The notes under the pieces: generated by a model
The model's input: the letters and a program-made list of their open reading frames with translations, nothing else
Told to the model about the DNA's origin: nothing
The model's database searches: none
In this document: positions 1 through 13,358 of the stretch, one piece after another
Layout of the letters: the number at the start of each line of letters is the position of its first letter
Position numbering within the stretch: the stretch's first letter is position 1
NCBI RefSeq assembly: GCF_054482525.1
Contig: NZ_CM137006.1
Length of the DNA stretch: 64,000 nucleotides
Direction: 5' to 3' (one strand)
Position numbers and translations under genes: made by a program

Positions 1-2655
<2,655 letters not shown>

Positions 2656-2659
<4 letters not shown>

Positions 2660-3600
2660 GCGTGGGCTCCTTCATGACGACGAATGCGCGGGTCCAGCGC
2701 GGCGTTGAGCAAATCAACAATCAAATTACAGACCACAAAAACCACCACCATCATCAGCGTAAAGCACTGGATCACCGGATAGTCACGGTTAAAAATCGCC
2801 GATACCGCATAGCGCCCGACGCCCGGCCAGGCAAAGATGTTTTCGATAATCATCGTCCCGCCAATCAGTTCGCCAATGTGCATCCCCACGGCGGTGATCA
2901 TCGGCAGCGAGGCATTGCGCAGAATATGACGACGTTCGGTCTGTTTGTCGTTCAGGCCGCGTAGCCGCGCCCAGGTGACGTGACGCTGACCGGCGACGTC
3001 CAGCATACTGGCGCGCAGTAGCCGTGCATTAATCGCCAGCGACATAAAGGCAATGGAAACCGCAGGCAAAATGATGTGCTGCCAGCCGCCGTAGCCCATC
3101 GCGGGTAGCCATTGCAGATACACCGAAAACGCCATCACCAGTAAAAACGCCAGCCAGAAGTTGGGCATCGACACGCCGAGAAACGCGATGAAACGTACGG
3201 CGAAATCCGGCAGACGATCGCGATGGCGCGCCGCCCAGATACCGAGCGGTACGGAAGTGAGCAGAATTAACACCAGCGCGGCACCTGCAAGTTCCAGCGT
3301 GGCGGGCAGGAAGTTCAGCATATCGTCCAGCACCGGGCGTTGGCTGGCGAATGAGATACCAAAGTCAAGATGCAGCGCCTTCCACAACCAGGTGCCGTAC
3401 TGGACATACAGCGGCTGATCCAGCCCCAGCATGGTGCGGGTAGAAGCCAGCATCTCCGGCGTCGGCGGCAGGTTAGACAGACGCAGATAATCGAGCGCCG
3501 GGTCGCCGGTGCCGAGGCGCAGCATCAGAAAAATGATCACCGAGGCGGCGAGCACCATCGGGATCAGCAGCAGAAAGCGGCGTAATACGTAACGCAACAT
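2656..3600 (-). CDS. nikB: Nickel ABC transporter permease NikB
   Basis: 314 aa hydrophobic permease ORF; overlaps nikC by 4 nt. Confidence 0.9.
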
Positions 3601-5174
3601 TAAGGTTTCACCGGTTTAATCTGTTCGAACGGAATTTCGGTGGCGATCGGCGCGTAGGGGATGTTACCCAGCTCCGGTTTTGATACCACCATCATTGAGA
3701 TGTAACTGATAGGCAGATAAACCGCCTCGTCATGCAGACGGGTCAGAATGTCGCGATACAGCGCCTGACGTTGCGTTTCGTCATGGGTCGCCAGCACTTC
3801 GCCGATCTCTTTATCAATCAGCGGCTTGTCGGCTAATCCTTGCTGTGCCTGGAAATCAGCGTGCGACGGTACGCGCATTGAACTCAGGAAGGCGTGTGGA
3901 TCGTATGGCGCGCCCCAGGTGCGATGGAAAATCATGCCAAAACGACCGTCGCGCTGACGAGCATAGATACTGCTCTCTTCTTCGCCAACCAGTGAGACAT
4001 CTGCGCCAATCTGGCGCATATCAGCCTGAATGATTTCCGCCATCGATTTGCTTAACGCATCGGTGCCGATGAACGACAGTTCAATGCGCAGCGGCTGACC
4101 ATTTTTCTCGCGGATGTCTTTGCCCGCAGGAAGCGTCCAACCGGCTTTTTCCAGCAACGCTTTCGCTTTCTGCGGATCGTACTGGCGCGGTTTCAGGCCG
4201 AGGTTGGCGTAGGGCACAGAAGGGGCAAACAGGGTGTCGGCGACCTGCTGGGTGCCATACAACGCGTTATCAATCAGCGATTTTTTGTTTACCGCGTAAT
4301 TAAGAGCTTCACGTACGGCCAGCTCGTTGGTGGGGGCTTTGGCGGTATTGAGTGCCAGCATCACGGTTTCGATCGGCTGTGACAGTTGGGTGTGGTAAGC
4401 CGGGTTCTGGCTAAAGCGGGCGAAGGTATCGAGCGGTAATAACCCTTCATTTCCGTACAGCAGGTCGATATCGCCAGTTTCAAACGCCACCGCGCGGGTA
4501 GTCGGGTCCGGGATCACGTTAAAGGTGATCTTTTTAATCGCTGGCTTTTCGCCCCAGTAGTTTTCGTTACGGACGAAGACATCGTACTGATTCAGTTTCG
4601 ATTCCTGTAAAACCCACGGCCCGGTGCCAATCGGCGCTTTAATTCCGTTCATGGTTTCGTGGTTTTTAAACTGCGAGGGGGCGATAAAACGGAAAGGACG
4701 GGGCAGGGCCAGTTCTTGCAGGAAAGGATAGTAGGCGCTTTTCAGGGTGATTTGCAGCTCGTTTTTACTGAGTGCTTTGACATCAACAATCTGGTTTGCC
4801 AGCTCCAGCCAGGCGTGACGTTGACGGTTATCGAGCACTGCGCGGAAGTTTTCTGCCGCCGCCTCTGCATCAAACGGTTCGCCGTTGGAGAATTTCACGT
4901 CATCACGCAGGGTGAAGGTCCAGGTTTTACCATCTTCTGAATGAGTCCAGCTTTTTGCCAGCCACGGGATCACCGAACCGTCTGCCTGATATTTCACCAA
5001 TGGTTCATAAACCATGCTCTGGGCGAACATCTGGTTAGGCGTGTAAAGGTGCGGGTTTAGTGGCCCGACATTCACCGGCCAGGCGGTGGTGATTTCATCT
5101 GGTGCAGCGGCATGGACGATAAAAGACGCACAAGCCAGCAGCGCAAATAGAGTGCGGCGGAGTGTGGAGAGCAT
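3600..5174 (-). CDS. nikA: Periplasmic nickel-binding protein NikA
   Basis: 524 aa ORF with N-terminal signal peptide ([25 protein letters not shown]), family 5 solute-binding protein; first gene of the operon. Confidence 0.9.
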
Positions 5175-5211
5175 GGTAACCCCAATGGATTAAAATAGAT
5201 GGCGGAAATAA

Positions 5212-5239
5212 GTATGACGATTTTAAGTATTCGTCATAC
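5212..5239 (-). promoter_or_regulatory. NikR operator in the nikA promoter (GTATGA-N16-TCATAC)
   Basis: Perfect inverted repeat GTATGA cgattttaagtattcg TCATAC about 40 bp upstream of the nikA start, matching the remembered NikR operator architecture. Confidence 0.7.
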
Positions 5240-5284
5240 TGATAACCTGTTCTGGATCAAAAGATGGACAGTCGGGTGGGCGGA

Positions 5285-5872
5285 TCAGTTAACTGAATCG
5301 ATCCATTGCACACTGTCGGCGGAGAGCGTAAAGGGGGTGGGAGTGCAGATCGCCAGGCTTAAATTATCAAGCTGGCAATGGCTGACCGACAGTGATGACT
5401 GATAGGTGCTGTCTACGCTGACGATTTGCCAGGCGCTGCCGCCACGTTGTTTAACGATGGCTTCTTTGCGTGTCCAGATGCGCCAGAACATTTCCAGTTG
5501 CTGATCAGGATGCACGGCGTCCATCTCAGCGTGTTCCCCGAGGCTGAACACCGCGTTCGCCAGCCAGCGCCAGTTGGCGCGCGGGCGAATCACTTCGATA
5601 TCGCAGCCGACTTCGCCTTCATCGCTCAACAGCAGGGCGATATCGTCACCGCTATGGCTTAAGTTGAACCATAGCGGCGTTTCCGGCGCGAATGCAGGTT
5701 TGCCTTGTTCGCCATAGATGATCTCCGGTAGCGGGGAAAGCGTGTGCGAAAGCAATGCACGCCCCGCCAGCCAGCGTTCGCGTCGTGGACCTTGCGGTGC
5801 TTGATCGCGTAAAGCCGGTGGCAGTGGAGCTGCGCTTAAGGTCGAAACTTTCCCCAGAACTATCCGATACAT
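5285..5872 (-). CDS. acpT: 4'-phosphopantetheinyl transferase AcpT (holo-ACP synthase family)
   Basis: ORF track gives 5285..5992; the likely true start is the internal ATG at 5872-5870 (MYRIVLGKVSTLSAAPLPP..., 195 aa). That start lies 1 nt after the stop of the upstream ketosynthase gene. Confidence 0.8.
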   Translation of the reverse strand: MYRIVLGKVSTLSAAPLPPALRDQAPQGPRRERWLAGRALLSHTLSPLPEIIYGEQGKPAFAPETPLWFNLSHSGDDIALLLSDEGEVGCDIEVIRPRANWRWLANAVFSLGEHAEMDAVHPDQQLEMFWRIWTRKEAIVKQRGGSAWQIVSVDSTYQSSLSVSHCQLDNLSLAICTPTPFTLSADSVQWIDSVN

Positions 5873-5873
5873 A

Positions 5874-7103
5874 TCAGGGCCAACGTTTAATGATGATGGA
5901 TGTATTAATGCCACCAAAGGCAAAGTTGTTACTCTGCAAAAACTCACAATCAACTTTGCGGGCTTCATGCATGATGTAATCCAGCGCGCCACAATTCGGG
6001 TCTGGTTTATTCAGGTTTAGCGTAGGCGCAAACCAACCTTCGCGCATCATTTGCAGACTCATCCAGGCTTCGAGCGCGCCACAGGCACCAAGCGTATGAC
6101 CAAAATAACTTTTCAGCGAGGAGAGCGGCACATTATCACCGTAAATGGTTGCTGTCGCCAGACTTTCTGCCATATCACCGCGATCGGTCGCCGTACCATG
6201 CGCTGAAATATAGCCGATATCTTGTGCGCTTAACCCGGCGATTTTCAGCGATTGCTCCATACAATACTGCATGGTTTCGCGCTGCGGCTGGGTAATATGT
6301 GCCGCGTCGCAGTTAGTCGCAAAGCCGACGATTTCACCGTAAATGGTCGCGCCGCGCGCTTTGGCGTGCTCCAGTTCTTCGAGAATGAGCGTACCTGCGC
6401 CTTCACCAATCACCAGCCCGTCGCGGTTTTCATCGAACGGTGAAGGTGTGGTTTTCGGCGCATCATTGTGCTGGCTGGTGGCGAAAAGCGTATCAAATAC
6501 CGCTGCTTCTGAAGGGCATAACTCTTCGGCACCACCAGCAACCATCACCGTTTGATAACCGTGGCGAATGGCTTCCCACGCATAACCGATTGCCTGGCTG
6601 CCGGAGGTACAGGCGCTGGAGGTTGGAATCACCCGCCCGCGCAGGCCGAAAAAGAGGCCAGTATTAACGGCGGTGGTGTGTGGCATCATCTGCACATAGG
6701 TGGTGCCAGTGATGTTGTTCGTGTGCTTTTCCGTCAGCATGGTGGCGAACTCGCTCACCGGGCCGGTACTGCCGGTCGATGAACCGTACGCAATGCCCGT
6801 TTCGCCGCTGGTTAATATCGGATCGCCAATCAACCCTGCCTGCTCTAATGCCAGCTCTGTCGCACGGGTCGACATTTGCGACACGCGGCCCATCGCACGG
6901 ATACGCTTGCGGGTGTAATGCTCCGGCAGCGTAAAATCATCAACAGGCGCGCCAAGCAGGGTGTGCAGACCATCGTAGACCTGCCACTCCGGCATTTTGC
7001 GCACTGCATTCTCATACGCCAGCAGACGCGCGGAAACGTCCTGCCAGTTTTCACCAAAGGCAGTCACGCCGCCCATTCCTGTAATCACTACGCGACGTGT
7101 CAT
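5874..7103 (-). CDS. Beta-ketoacyl-ACP synthase (KS) with Cys-His-His active site; by gene order apeR-like
   Basis: 409 aa ORF with active-site Cys in SSACTSG and His motifs SAHGTATDRGD and FGHTLGACG; FabB/FabF fold. Confidence 0.85.
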   Translation of the reverse strand: MTRRVVITGMGGVTAFGENWQDVSARLLAYENAVRKMPEWQVYDGLHTLLGAPVDDFTLPEHYTRKRIRAMGRVSQMSTRATELALEQAGLIGDPILTSGETGIAYGSSTGSTGPVSEFATMLTEKHTNNITGTTYVQMMPHTTAVNTGLFFGLRGRVIPTSSACTSGSQAIGYAWEAIRHGYQTVMVAGGAEELCPSEAAVFDTLFATSQHNDAPKTTPSPFDENRDGLVIGEGAGTLILEELEHAKARGATIYGEIVGFATNCDAAHITQPQRETMQYCMEQSLKIAGLSAQDIGYISAHGTATDRGDMAESLATATIYGDNVPLSSLKSYFGHTLGACGALEAWMSLQMMREGWFAPTLNLNKPDPNCGALDYIMHEARKVDCEFLQSNNFAFGGINTSIIIKRWP

Positions 7104-7831
7104 AACATCCCTCCGTTGATGGAAATAACCTGGCGGGTGACGTAACCCGCAATATCAGACATTAAATAGCTGGCAAGCCCGGCAACTTCTTCCGCCTGGC
7201 CCATGCGTTTCATGGGGATCATCGACATTGCCTCTTTCAGAGCGCTCTCTTCCATTTCGATCATCCCGGTATCAATAAGCCCCGGCGCGATGCAGTTGAC
7301 GGTGATTTTGCGCTTCGCGAGTTCGATAGCCAGTGCTTTTGTTGCGCCGATAATTCCGGCTTTGGCAGCGCTGTAGTTCACCTGTCCGCGATTGCCCATC
7401 ACGCCGGAAACCGAGGACAGCGTGATGATTCGTCCACCCTGGCGTGCGCCGATCATCGGCATAATGCACGGCTGAATGACGTTGTAGAAACTGTCGAGGT
7501 TGGTGTGGATCACCGCATCCCAGTCGTCATCGCTTAAAGCCGGAAAAGCGGCATCGCGGGCGATCCCGGCGTTACTAACCACGCCGTACCAGGCACCGTG
7601 TTGCGCGATCTCGTGCTCCAGCACTTCCCGACACTGTTCGCGGTTTGCGACGTCGAAACTGAGCAAACGCCCGTTACCACCGTTAGCGACAATGGCATTC
7701 AGCGTTTCCTGAGCGCCTGCGGCGTCACGGTGATAGTGAACGCCAATGTTAAAACCGTCTGCCGCCAATTGGCAGGCGATGGCGCGACCAATGCCTTTGC
7801 TGGCACCAGTAACCAGAACTGAACGACTCAT
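7100..7831 (-). CDS. 3-oxoacyl-ACP reductase, FabG-like SDR (KR); apeQ-like
   Basis: 243 aa ORF with N-terminal TGASKGIGRAIA Rossmann motif and SDR catalytic region (YSAAKAG). Confidence 0.85.
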   Translation of the reverse strand: MSRSVLVTGASKGIGRAIACQLAADGFNIGVHYHRDAAGAQETLNAIVANGGNGRLLSFDVANREQCREVLEHEIAQHGAWYGVVSNAGIARDAAFPALSDDDWDAVIHTNLDSFYNVIQPCIMPMIGARQGGRIITLSSVSGVMGNRGQVNYSAAKAGIIGATKALAIELAKRKITVNCIAPGLIDTGMIEMEESALKEAMSMIPMKRMGQAEEVAGLASYLMSDIAGYVTRQVISINGGML

Positions 7832-8295
7832 CAGGACGCTCCTTGTTGAAACAGGGTGGTAAGTTCTTCCGCGGTCGGCTGGAAGGTGTTAATGCGGCCC
7901 GTTGCTTCGCCGTCGTTGATACTGCACTCAAAACTGCCGAAGCGATCGTCTTGCATCAGGAGTTTGACGGTAATGGTCAGCGTCTGGCCTGCGGGCAGAA
8001 TGCCAGCGGCGCAAAGCAATTCACGTGCGCCCAGTACCATCCCTAACTCAATACTGTTTTTGCCCTGCTGGTGGCGATGCCAGCCAGACCAGACGCCGAC
8101 GGTTTGCGCCATCAATTCAAGGGCAAACCAGCCAGGGAGATTGCCGTCCGGGTCGAGAAACGGTGCCAGTACGCCACTGGGCGAAACCGTCACGCGGCAC
8201 ACCGCGCTGTCATCGCTGACGCTCACCACGTCTTCCAGCAGTAACATGGGCGCGTCGTGGGGCAGATAAGCGCCGGGGGATAAATAGTGGCTCAC
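7831..8295 (-). CDS. Hotdog-fold dehydratase (DH); apeP-like
   Basis: 154 aa ORF, tightly coupled between the KR and KS genes; size and position fit a FabA/FabZ-like hotdog dehydratase. Confidence 0.7.
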   Translation of the reverse strand: MSHYLSPGAYLPHDAPMLLLEDVVSVSDDSAVCRVTVSPSGVLAPFLDPDGNLPGWFALELMAQTVGVWSGWHRHQQGKNSIELGMVLGARELLCAAGILPAGQTLTITVKLLMQDDRFGSFECSINDGEATGRINTFQPTAEELTTLFQQGAS

Positions 8296-9470
8296 GAAAC
8301 CCTCCCGAGCAGAATGCTGGCGTTATTGCCGCCAAAGGCGAAGGAATTGGACAGGATCACCGGACGTGCCAGCGGCTGTGGTTGTTCGATAATGCCGCAC
8401 GGTGGCAGCGTGGGATCGCGCGGCGACAGGCTGAAGTCCTGAGCGAGCAGCGGTAAATCACGCTGTAAAATCAACATGCTGATTGCCGCCTCGGTAATGC
8501 CCGCCGCGCCCAGCGTGTGTCCGGTCAAATGTTTGGTGGAACTGCAAGGTACGCGTTCGCCAAACAGGGCGTTAACCACCATCGATTCAATCTGGTCGTT
8601 GAGTTGTGTGGCGGTACCGTGCAGGTTGATATAGCCGACGTCATCTGGCGTAAGCTGCGCATCGGTCAGCGCCTGGTTAATGGCGCGGATCGCCCCTTCG
8701 CCCTGCGGATGCGGGGCCGAAATATGGTAAGCGTCGCTCGATTCACCAACGCCCAGTAACGCGATGGGCTGCGGTTCACGGGTTAATAACATCAGTCCCG
8801 CCCCTTCGCCAATGGTGATACCTGCGCGGTCACGACCAAACGGCTGACATAAGGTGGGCGAGAGCGATTCGAGGCTGTGAAAACCGTTAATCGGCATCCG
8901 GCTCAGAGTATCTGCGCCACCCACAATGGCGGCATCGACCAGCCCCGCTTCGATAAGCCTGCGCCCGCTGATCATCGCTCTGGCGCTGGAAGAGCAAGCG
9001 GTTGAAAGGGTATAAGCCGGGCCATCGAGCGCCAGCCAGTGGCTGAGAAAGCGCGACGGATCGCCAAGTTCCTGTTGCGCGTAGTGCCATGTGGTGCTCG
9101 GCTGTCCGTTGGTGCGCAGGTTAACGTGCGTGTCGCCCTCATGCAGGCCGGAGGTGCTGGTGCCAAGTACAATCGCGATGCGCTCGTGACCATATTTCGC
9201 GATAGCGTCATCAACCTGCGGCTGGATCTGCGCCAGCGCCGCCAGCAGGATCTGATTGTTGCGCGAGCGGTGCGCAGCGAATTTTTCGGGGATAAGCGGA
9301 AGCTCGCCATCCACGCCAGCCAGGACCGCCTGCGGATGCCCCTGCAACCAGCCTGCGCGCGGACGCATGCCGGGAGCGACACCGCGAGTCAGGTTGGCTG
9401 CGATCTCATCAAGGTTATTTCCCAGGGCGTTGATCATGCCGACGGCGGAAATATAAATCATATCAGTCAC
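8292..9470 (-). CDS. Beta-ketoacyl-ACP synthase (KS); apeO-like
   Basis: 392 aa ORF with TACSSSARAM (active Cys), LHGTATQLND and TGHTLGAAG His motifs. Confidence 0.85.
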   Translation of the reverse strand: MTDMIYISAVGMINALGNNLDEIAANLTRGVAPGMRPRAGWLQGHPQAVLAGVDGELPLIPEKFAAHRSRNNQILLAALAQIQPQVDDAIAKYGHERIAIVLGTSTSGLHEGDTHVNLRTNGQPSTTWHYAQQELGDPSRFLSHWLALDGPAYTLSTACSSSARAMISGRRLIEAGLVDAAIVGGADTLSRMPINGFHSLESLSPTLCQPFGRDRAGITIGEGAGLMLLTREPQPIALLGVGESSDAYHISAPHPQGEGAIRAINQALTDAQLTPDDVGYINLHGTATQLNDQIESMVVNALFGERVPCSSTKHLTGHTLGAAGITEAAISMLILQRDLPLLAQDFSLSPRDPTLPPCGIIEQPQPLARPVILSNSFAFGGNNASILLGRVS

Positions 9471-10047
9471 CTAAGTATTGAATGGTGATGTGGTATTTAA
9501 AGACATGCTGCTCAATGCTGATTGGCACGCGTTTGCCCTTGCGATTCAAATAGGTGATTTCCGTGACCAGCTTGCCGCTGGCGTTACGCAGCTCGCGTTT
9601 GTCACCGTTGTCGCGAAGTGTCCAGCCAGTGGGAAGTTGCGGCTGCCAGGCGCTAATCGGCCAGTGGCTGAGCATCACGTCAGCCAGTACCTGACTTGCG
9701 GGCGGTAACTGTGGGACGACGATCGATTGCTCGGCGCGTAGCCCTTGCGCATCGTAGGTCACCAGAAACAGGCGAATGCCGACCGACGACAGTCCGGCAA
9801 GGGTGATTTTCTGGTCGTCGGCGTTAAGCATCACTAGCAGCGACTGGGTTTTGCCGTTGAAGCTGCCGGTCAACAGTTGCTGGGAATTGACGGCGGGTGA
9901 AATCCCCGGCGCAGGCAGCGTGATGCGCGTGCCAGGTTGCAGCCACGCTTGCGGGCGGCCTTCCTGTTCTGGTTGCGAGTGGCTACAGCCGGTGAGGATA
10001 AGCGTAGCGGTCAGGGCGAACGCTCGCCAGAATGTGGGTTTGATCAT
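9463..10047 (-). CDS. Lipoprotein of unknown function, DUF3261-like; apeN-like
   Basis: 194 aa ORF with signal peptide and lipobox LTGC; overlaps neighbouring genes at both ends. Confidence 0.7.
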   Translation of the reverse strand: MIKPTFWRAFALTATLILTGCSHSQPEQEGRPQAWLQPGTRITLPAPGISPAVNSQQLLTGSFNGKTQSLLVMLNADDQKITLAGLSSVGIRLFLVTYDAQGLRAEQSIVVPQLPPASQVLADVMLSHWPISAWQPQLPTGWTLRDNGDKRELRNASGKLVTEITYLNRKGKRVPISIEQHVFKYHITIQYLGD

Positions 10048-12362
10048 TTTTTTGTTCTCTTTTTATCGGGCATGGCCAGCGGCGAAAGCAGGAAGGCGGT
10101 GAAAATACCGCTCACCAGCACAATGCCAAAACTGCTGATGGCCTGGGTGGCGCTGAATACCAGCATTCCCAGCGTCAGCAAGGTGGTGAGCATTGCCAGC
10201 GTGATCGCCAGTAGCGAAGTTAATGGTGTGCCGCGCGGATTACTGAAAAACAGCGTGTAGTTGATGCCGATGCCAAGCACCAGTACCAGCGCCAGCAGCG
10301 AAAAGAGATTCACCGCCTGCCCGCTCATCGCCAGCACCGCCAGACCGCAGCCCAGTGAAAGCACCGAAGGCACCAGGCTGATAAACCCTTTGCGCCAGCC
10401 GAGGCGGGCCACTGCGCCGCAGGCAATTACTGCCAGCGCCACCAGCAACAAGCCGGTTAACACATAACGGTAAAGTGCGAACAATTCATCAAAGGTGTTT
10501 TTGCGATCAACCCAGGCAATGCCACAAGGGTAATAGCTGGAGATTTCCTGTAGCGCCGCGCTATTTTTAACCCCTTCAACCGGCACCAGCACGCCGCTTG
10601 CGCCATTTTCCAGCGTCAGCCACAGCAGACGCCAGCCTTCACTGGCGGGGCTTGCCAGCCATTCATCAACCTTCACTGGCATGGCGTTAAGATCCGGGTT
10701 CACCGCCGTCAGCCCGGCATTTTGCAGTGCTTTTGTTACCGTCGGGGCAGCCGTTTTCAGCAGGTCTAAATCTTCCTCCTGCCGCGCCAGGGAGTTCAGC
10801 GGAATGGTGCGGTAGTTGCTGATAAGGCCGTCTTTTTTCGCTTTCTCCAGCGAGGTGGTAAATGTCTCCAGCCGTCCCAAGGTTTGCTGTGACGAATCGC
10901 CGTAAACCACAAACCATTTTTGATCGACGCTTTGTCCGGTCAGGGCGGTGATGGCTTTCTCCTGCGCCAGAATATGCTGCGGTAGCGCCTGTAACTGCGA
11001 GATATCGTCATCGACGCACAGCATTGACATCCCCGCCAGCGAAAACAGCGCCAGCGCGACGGGCAGACCCCGCGACAGTTTTTTATTACGCCGCCACGCT
11101 GCCAGCCAGCGCAGCATCAGCGCCATCGCTGGAACCGGACGCACCGGCAGGCCACGGCACAGCCACGGATGCCAGAACAGGACGGTCAGACAGGAGGCGC
11201 TCAACCCGACGGCGGCAAAAATCGCCATCTGGCGAATGCCGGGGAAGGGGGCGAGCATCATAATCAGATACGCCGCCACGGTGGTGAGCAGCGCCAGCAG
11301 CAGGGCATTGCGCACTTTCGCCAGGCTTTGCCACGGCGAAACGTCATTGCCGTGCACCATCCGCTCGGTGAGGTAATAGAGCGTGTAGTCAGCGGAAATG
11401 CCGATAACGCTCATGCTCATCACCAGCGTCATCAGGTGTAATTCGCCGAAAATCAACAAGGTGGCGACCGTTCCCGCCAGCGCGCCGATGCCGATGGAAA
11501 TCACACACATCAGCAACGGGCGCAAAGAGCGGAACACCGCCACAATCAGCAATATCACCCCCAGCAGCGTTGCCACGCCCAGGGTGGAGATATCCTGCTT
11601 CGCCTGTTGGCTGGCGTAATCGCTGTAAAACACCGTGCCGCGTGAGAGCAACTGAGCCTGCGGGTAACGCGTTTTCAGATCCTTTTCCAGCGTATTCAGG
11701 GTCGTGATGAGCTGGTGGGTTTGCTGCATATCAAACGACGATCCCGCCAGTTCGCCGTGCAGCAGATACCAGTAGTTGCCCTGGGGATCCTGCGTCACCA
11801 GCCAGCCGTCCATCAGCCGCAAACGCTGGCCGTTTTTCGCCATCGCCAGCTGCGAGCCACGCATTAACATCAGCGGATCGTTTTGCAGCTCCTTACCGCT
11901 TACCCCGGAGAACGCAGAATAAAGCTGGGAGAGGATCCACTGCGCCTGCGCTTCGCCGCCGTTTTGCAGGCGCGCGCGGGTGTCGGGGTCAATCAGACCG
12001 TTGCGATGCTGCCAGAAAAACGCTCCCCACGCCTGCTGGCTGGCGGCATCCATTGGCCCTTTAACGTCGCCGAGCGCAGCGGATTTTTGCAGCAGCGTCA
12101 GCCACTCCTGAGCGACCCTGGGATTAGCCTCTTTACCGGGGCTGACCAGCCACACCAGTTGGCGGTCCAGACGCTGCATAAAGCCGTCATTCAGCGCTGG
12201 GGGAATATCGCCCATCGCCTGTTTGGGTAACATAGCCAGTACGCTACTGTTCAGTCGTGATTGCGGCAACAGGATCAGCAACGCCGCCGCCATGACCAGG
12301 CAGACGATCCCCCATAACAGCGCCGGGCGTTTACTGGGCGGCAAAACGTTGGCGTTCGTCAT
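10044..12362 (-). CDS. MMPL/RND-superfamily membrane exporter; apeM-like
   Basis: 772 aa ORF with two blocks of transmembrane helices separated by soluble domains, typical of MMPL lipid exporters. Confidence 0.8.
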   Translation of the reverse strand: MTNANVLPPSKRPALLWGIVCLVMAAALLILLPQSRLNSSVLAMLPKQAMGDIPPALNDGFMQRLDRQLVWLVSPGKEANPRVAQEWLTLLQKSAALGDVKGPMDAASQQAWGAFFWQHRNGLIDPDTRARLQNGGEAQAQWILSQLYSAFSGVSGKELQNDPLMLMRGSQLAMAKNGQRLRLMDGWLVTQDPQGNYWYLLHGELAGSSFDMQQTHQLITTLNTLEKDLKTRYPQAQLLSRGTVFYSDYASQQAKQDISTLGVATLLGVILLIVAVFRSLRPLLMCVISIGIGALAGTVATLLIFGELHLMTLVMSMSVIGISADYTLYYLTERMVHGNDVSPWQSLAKVRNALLLALLTTVAAYLIMMLAPFPGIRQMAIFAAVGLSASCLTVLFWHPWLCRGLPVRPVPAMALMLRWLAAWRRNKKLSRGLPVALALFSLAGMSMLCVDDDISQLQALPQHILAQEKAITALTGQSVDQKWFVVYGDSSQQTLGRLETFTTSLEKAKKDGLISNYRTIPLNSLARQEEDLDLLKTAAPTVTKALQNAGLTAVNPDLNAMPVKVDEWLASPASEGWRLLWLTLENGASGVLVPVEGVKNSAALQEISSYYPCGIAWVDRKNTFDELFALYRYVLTGLLLVALAVIACGAVARLGWRKGFISLVPSVLSLGCGLAVLAMSGQAVNLFSLLALVLVLGIGINYTLFFSNPRGTPLTSLLAITLAMLTTLLTLGMLVFSATQAISSFGIVLVSGIFTAFLLSPLAMPDKKRTKK

Positions 12363-12936
12363 CGGTCAGTTGCGCTGGCGTCAGTTGATGTTGGGTAAGA
12401 GCGATATCGGTGCGATCGCCCTGTTTATCATTAAGCTGAATGCTCTCCAGATAGGTTTGCCCGGCGAGATCGATGGTGTTGAAAATTTTATCCAGCGGCG
12501 TGGTGGTCGGCGTCAGGCGCAGTGTCCAGCGGCCTTCGCCTTTGTCAGCAAATTCGACGCGGAAGTTTTGTTCCAGCACTTTGCGATCGGCCTGGAACAG
12601 CGCGCGCAGCAGGTGGTTAAACTGGAACATCTGCGGGTTATTTTCTGCCGTGATAATTTGCGGCGGCTGACCGTTGATCACCTGCACCATGCGTTTATCG
12701 TCCAGCAATAGTTGCATGGGGAACGGTGAGGTTTGATCCCACAACAGCCCCTGGTCGCGGGCGATCAACATCTGGCCCTGAGATCGTAGCGGCTGCGGCA
12801 GATCTTTAATCGTCCGGGTTTGATCGAAATGGGCGCGGATCACTGGCTGTTCGGTAAAGCGTTGCTGAAGATCGTCCAGGTTCAGGGCGCTCACAAACGG
12901 GCTAATCAGCAGCGCCAGCAGCGGTAAAAATTTCAT
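12331..12936 (-). CDS. LolA-like outer-membrane lipoprotein carrier protein; apeL-like
   Basis: 201 aa ORF with signal peptide (MKFLPLLALLISPFVSA); size and composition fit the LolA/LolB fold. Confidence 0.7.
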   Translation of the reverse strand: MKFLPLLALLISPFVSALNLDDLQQRFTEQPVIRAHFDQTRTIKDLPQPLRSQGQMLIARDQGLLWDQTSPFPMQLLLDDKRMVQVINGQPPQIITAENNPQMFQFNHLLRALFQADRKVLEQNFRVEFADKGEGRWTLRLTPTTTPLDKIFNTIDLAGQTYLESIQLNDKQGDRTDIALTQHQLTPAQLTDDERQRFAAQ

Positions 12937-13355
12937 GGTTTGACTCCCATGCGTTCAAACAGAATATCGGGGCTGACAAAGCACAGTTCGCGGCTTTGCT
13001 CGTCGACCGCGACCTGAATGGTGTATCCGGTGGTGGCGCGTTTTCCCGTTTCGGCATCGAAAATCTGATAGCCAATCCGCAGACGGTTTTCGAACTCTTC
13101 GATATGCGCACGCACGCGGATGCGTTGCTCAAAGGTGAGGGCGTGGCGATATTTCACCCTCGCATCGACCACTGGCCACAAATAACCGGACTCTTTCATC
13201 TGCCGATAGCCGTAATTGAACTGGTTGAGCAGCGCCTCGCGGGCCACTTCAAAGTAGCGAAAATAGTTACCGTGCCAGGCCACGCCCATCATATCGACGT
13301 CGTGAAAGGGAATGGTCAGCTCGACTTCAGCGGTAAATCGGGGATCGTTAAGCAC
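12933..13355 (-). CDS. Acyl-CoA/acyl-ACP thioesterase, 4HBT/YbgC hotdog family; apeK-like
   Basis: 140 aa ORF with the N-terminal ...ELTIPFHDVDMMGVAWHGNYFRYFE... motif typical of 4HBT-type thioesterases. Confidence 0.75.
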   Translation of the reverse strand: MLNDPRFTAEVELTIPFHDVDMMGVAWHGNYFRYFEVAREALLNQFNYGYRQMKESGYLWPVVDARVKYRHALTFEQRIRVRAHIEEFENRLRIGYQIFDAETGKRATTGYTIQVAVDEQSRELCFVSPDILFERMGVKP

Positions 13356-13358
13356 CCT

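Noticed and set aside
5199-5402. 67 aa plus-strand ORF spanning the nikA-acpT intergenic region
   Set aside because: Overlaps the NikR operator and the acpT 3' end on the opposite strand; no ribosome-binding site or motif support.
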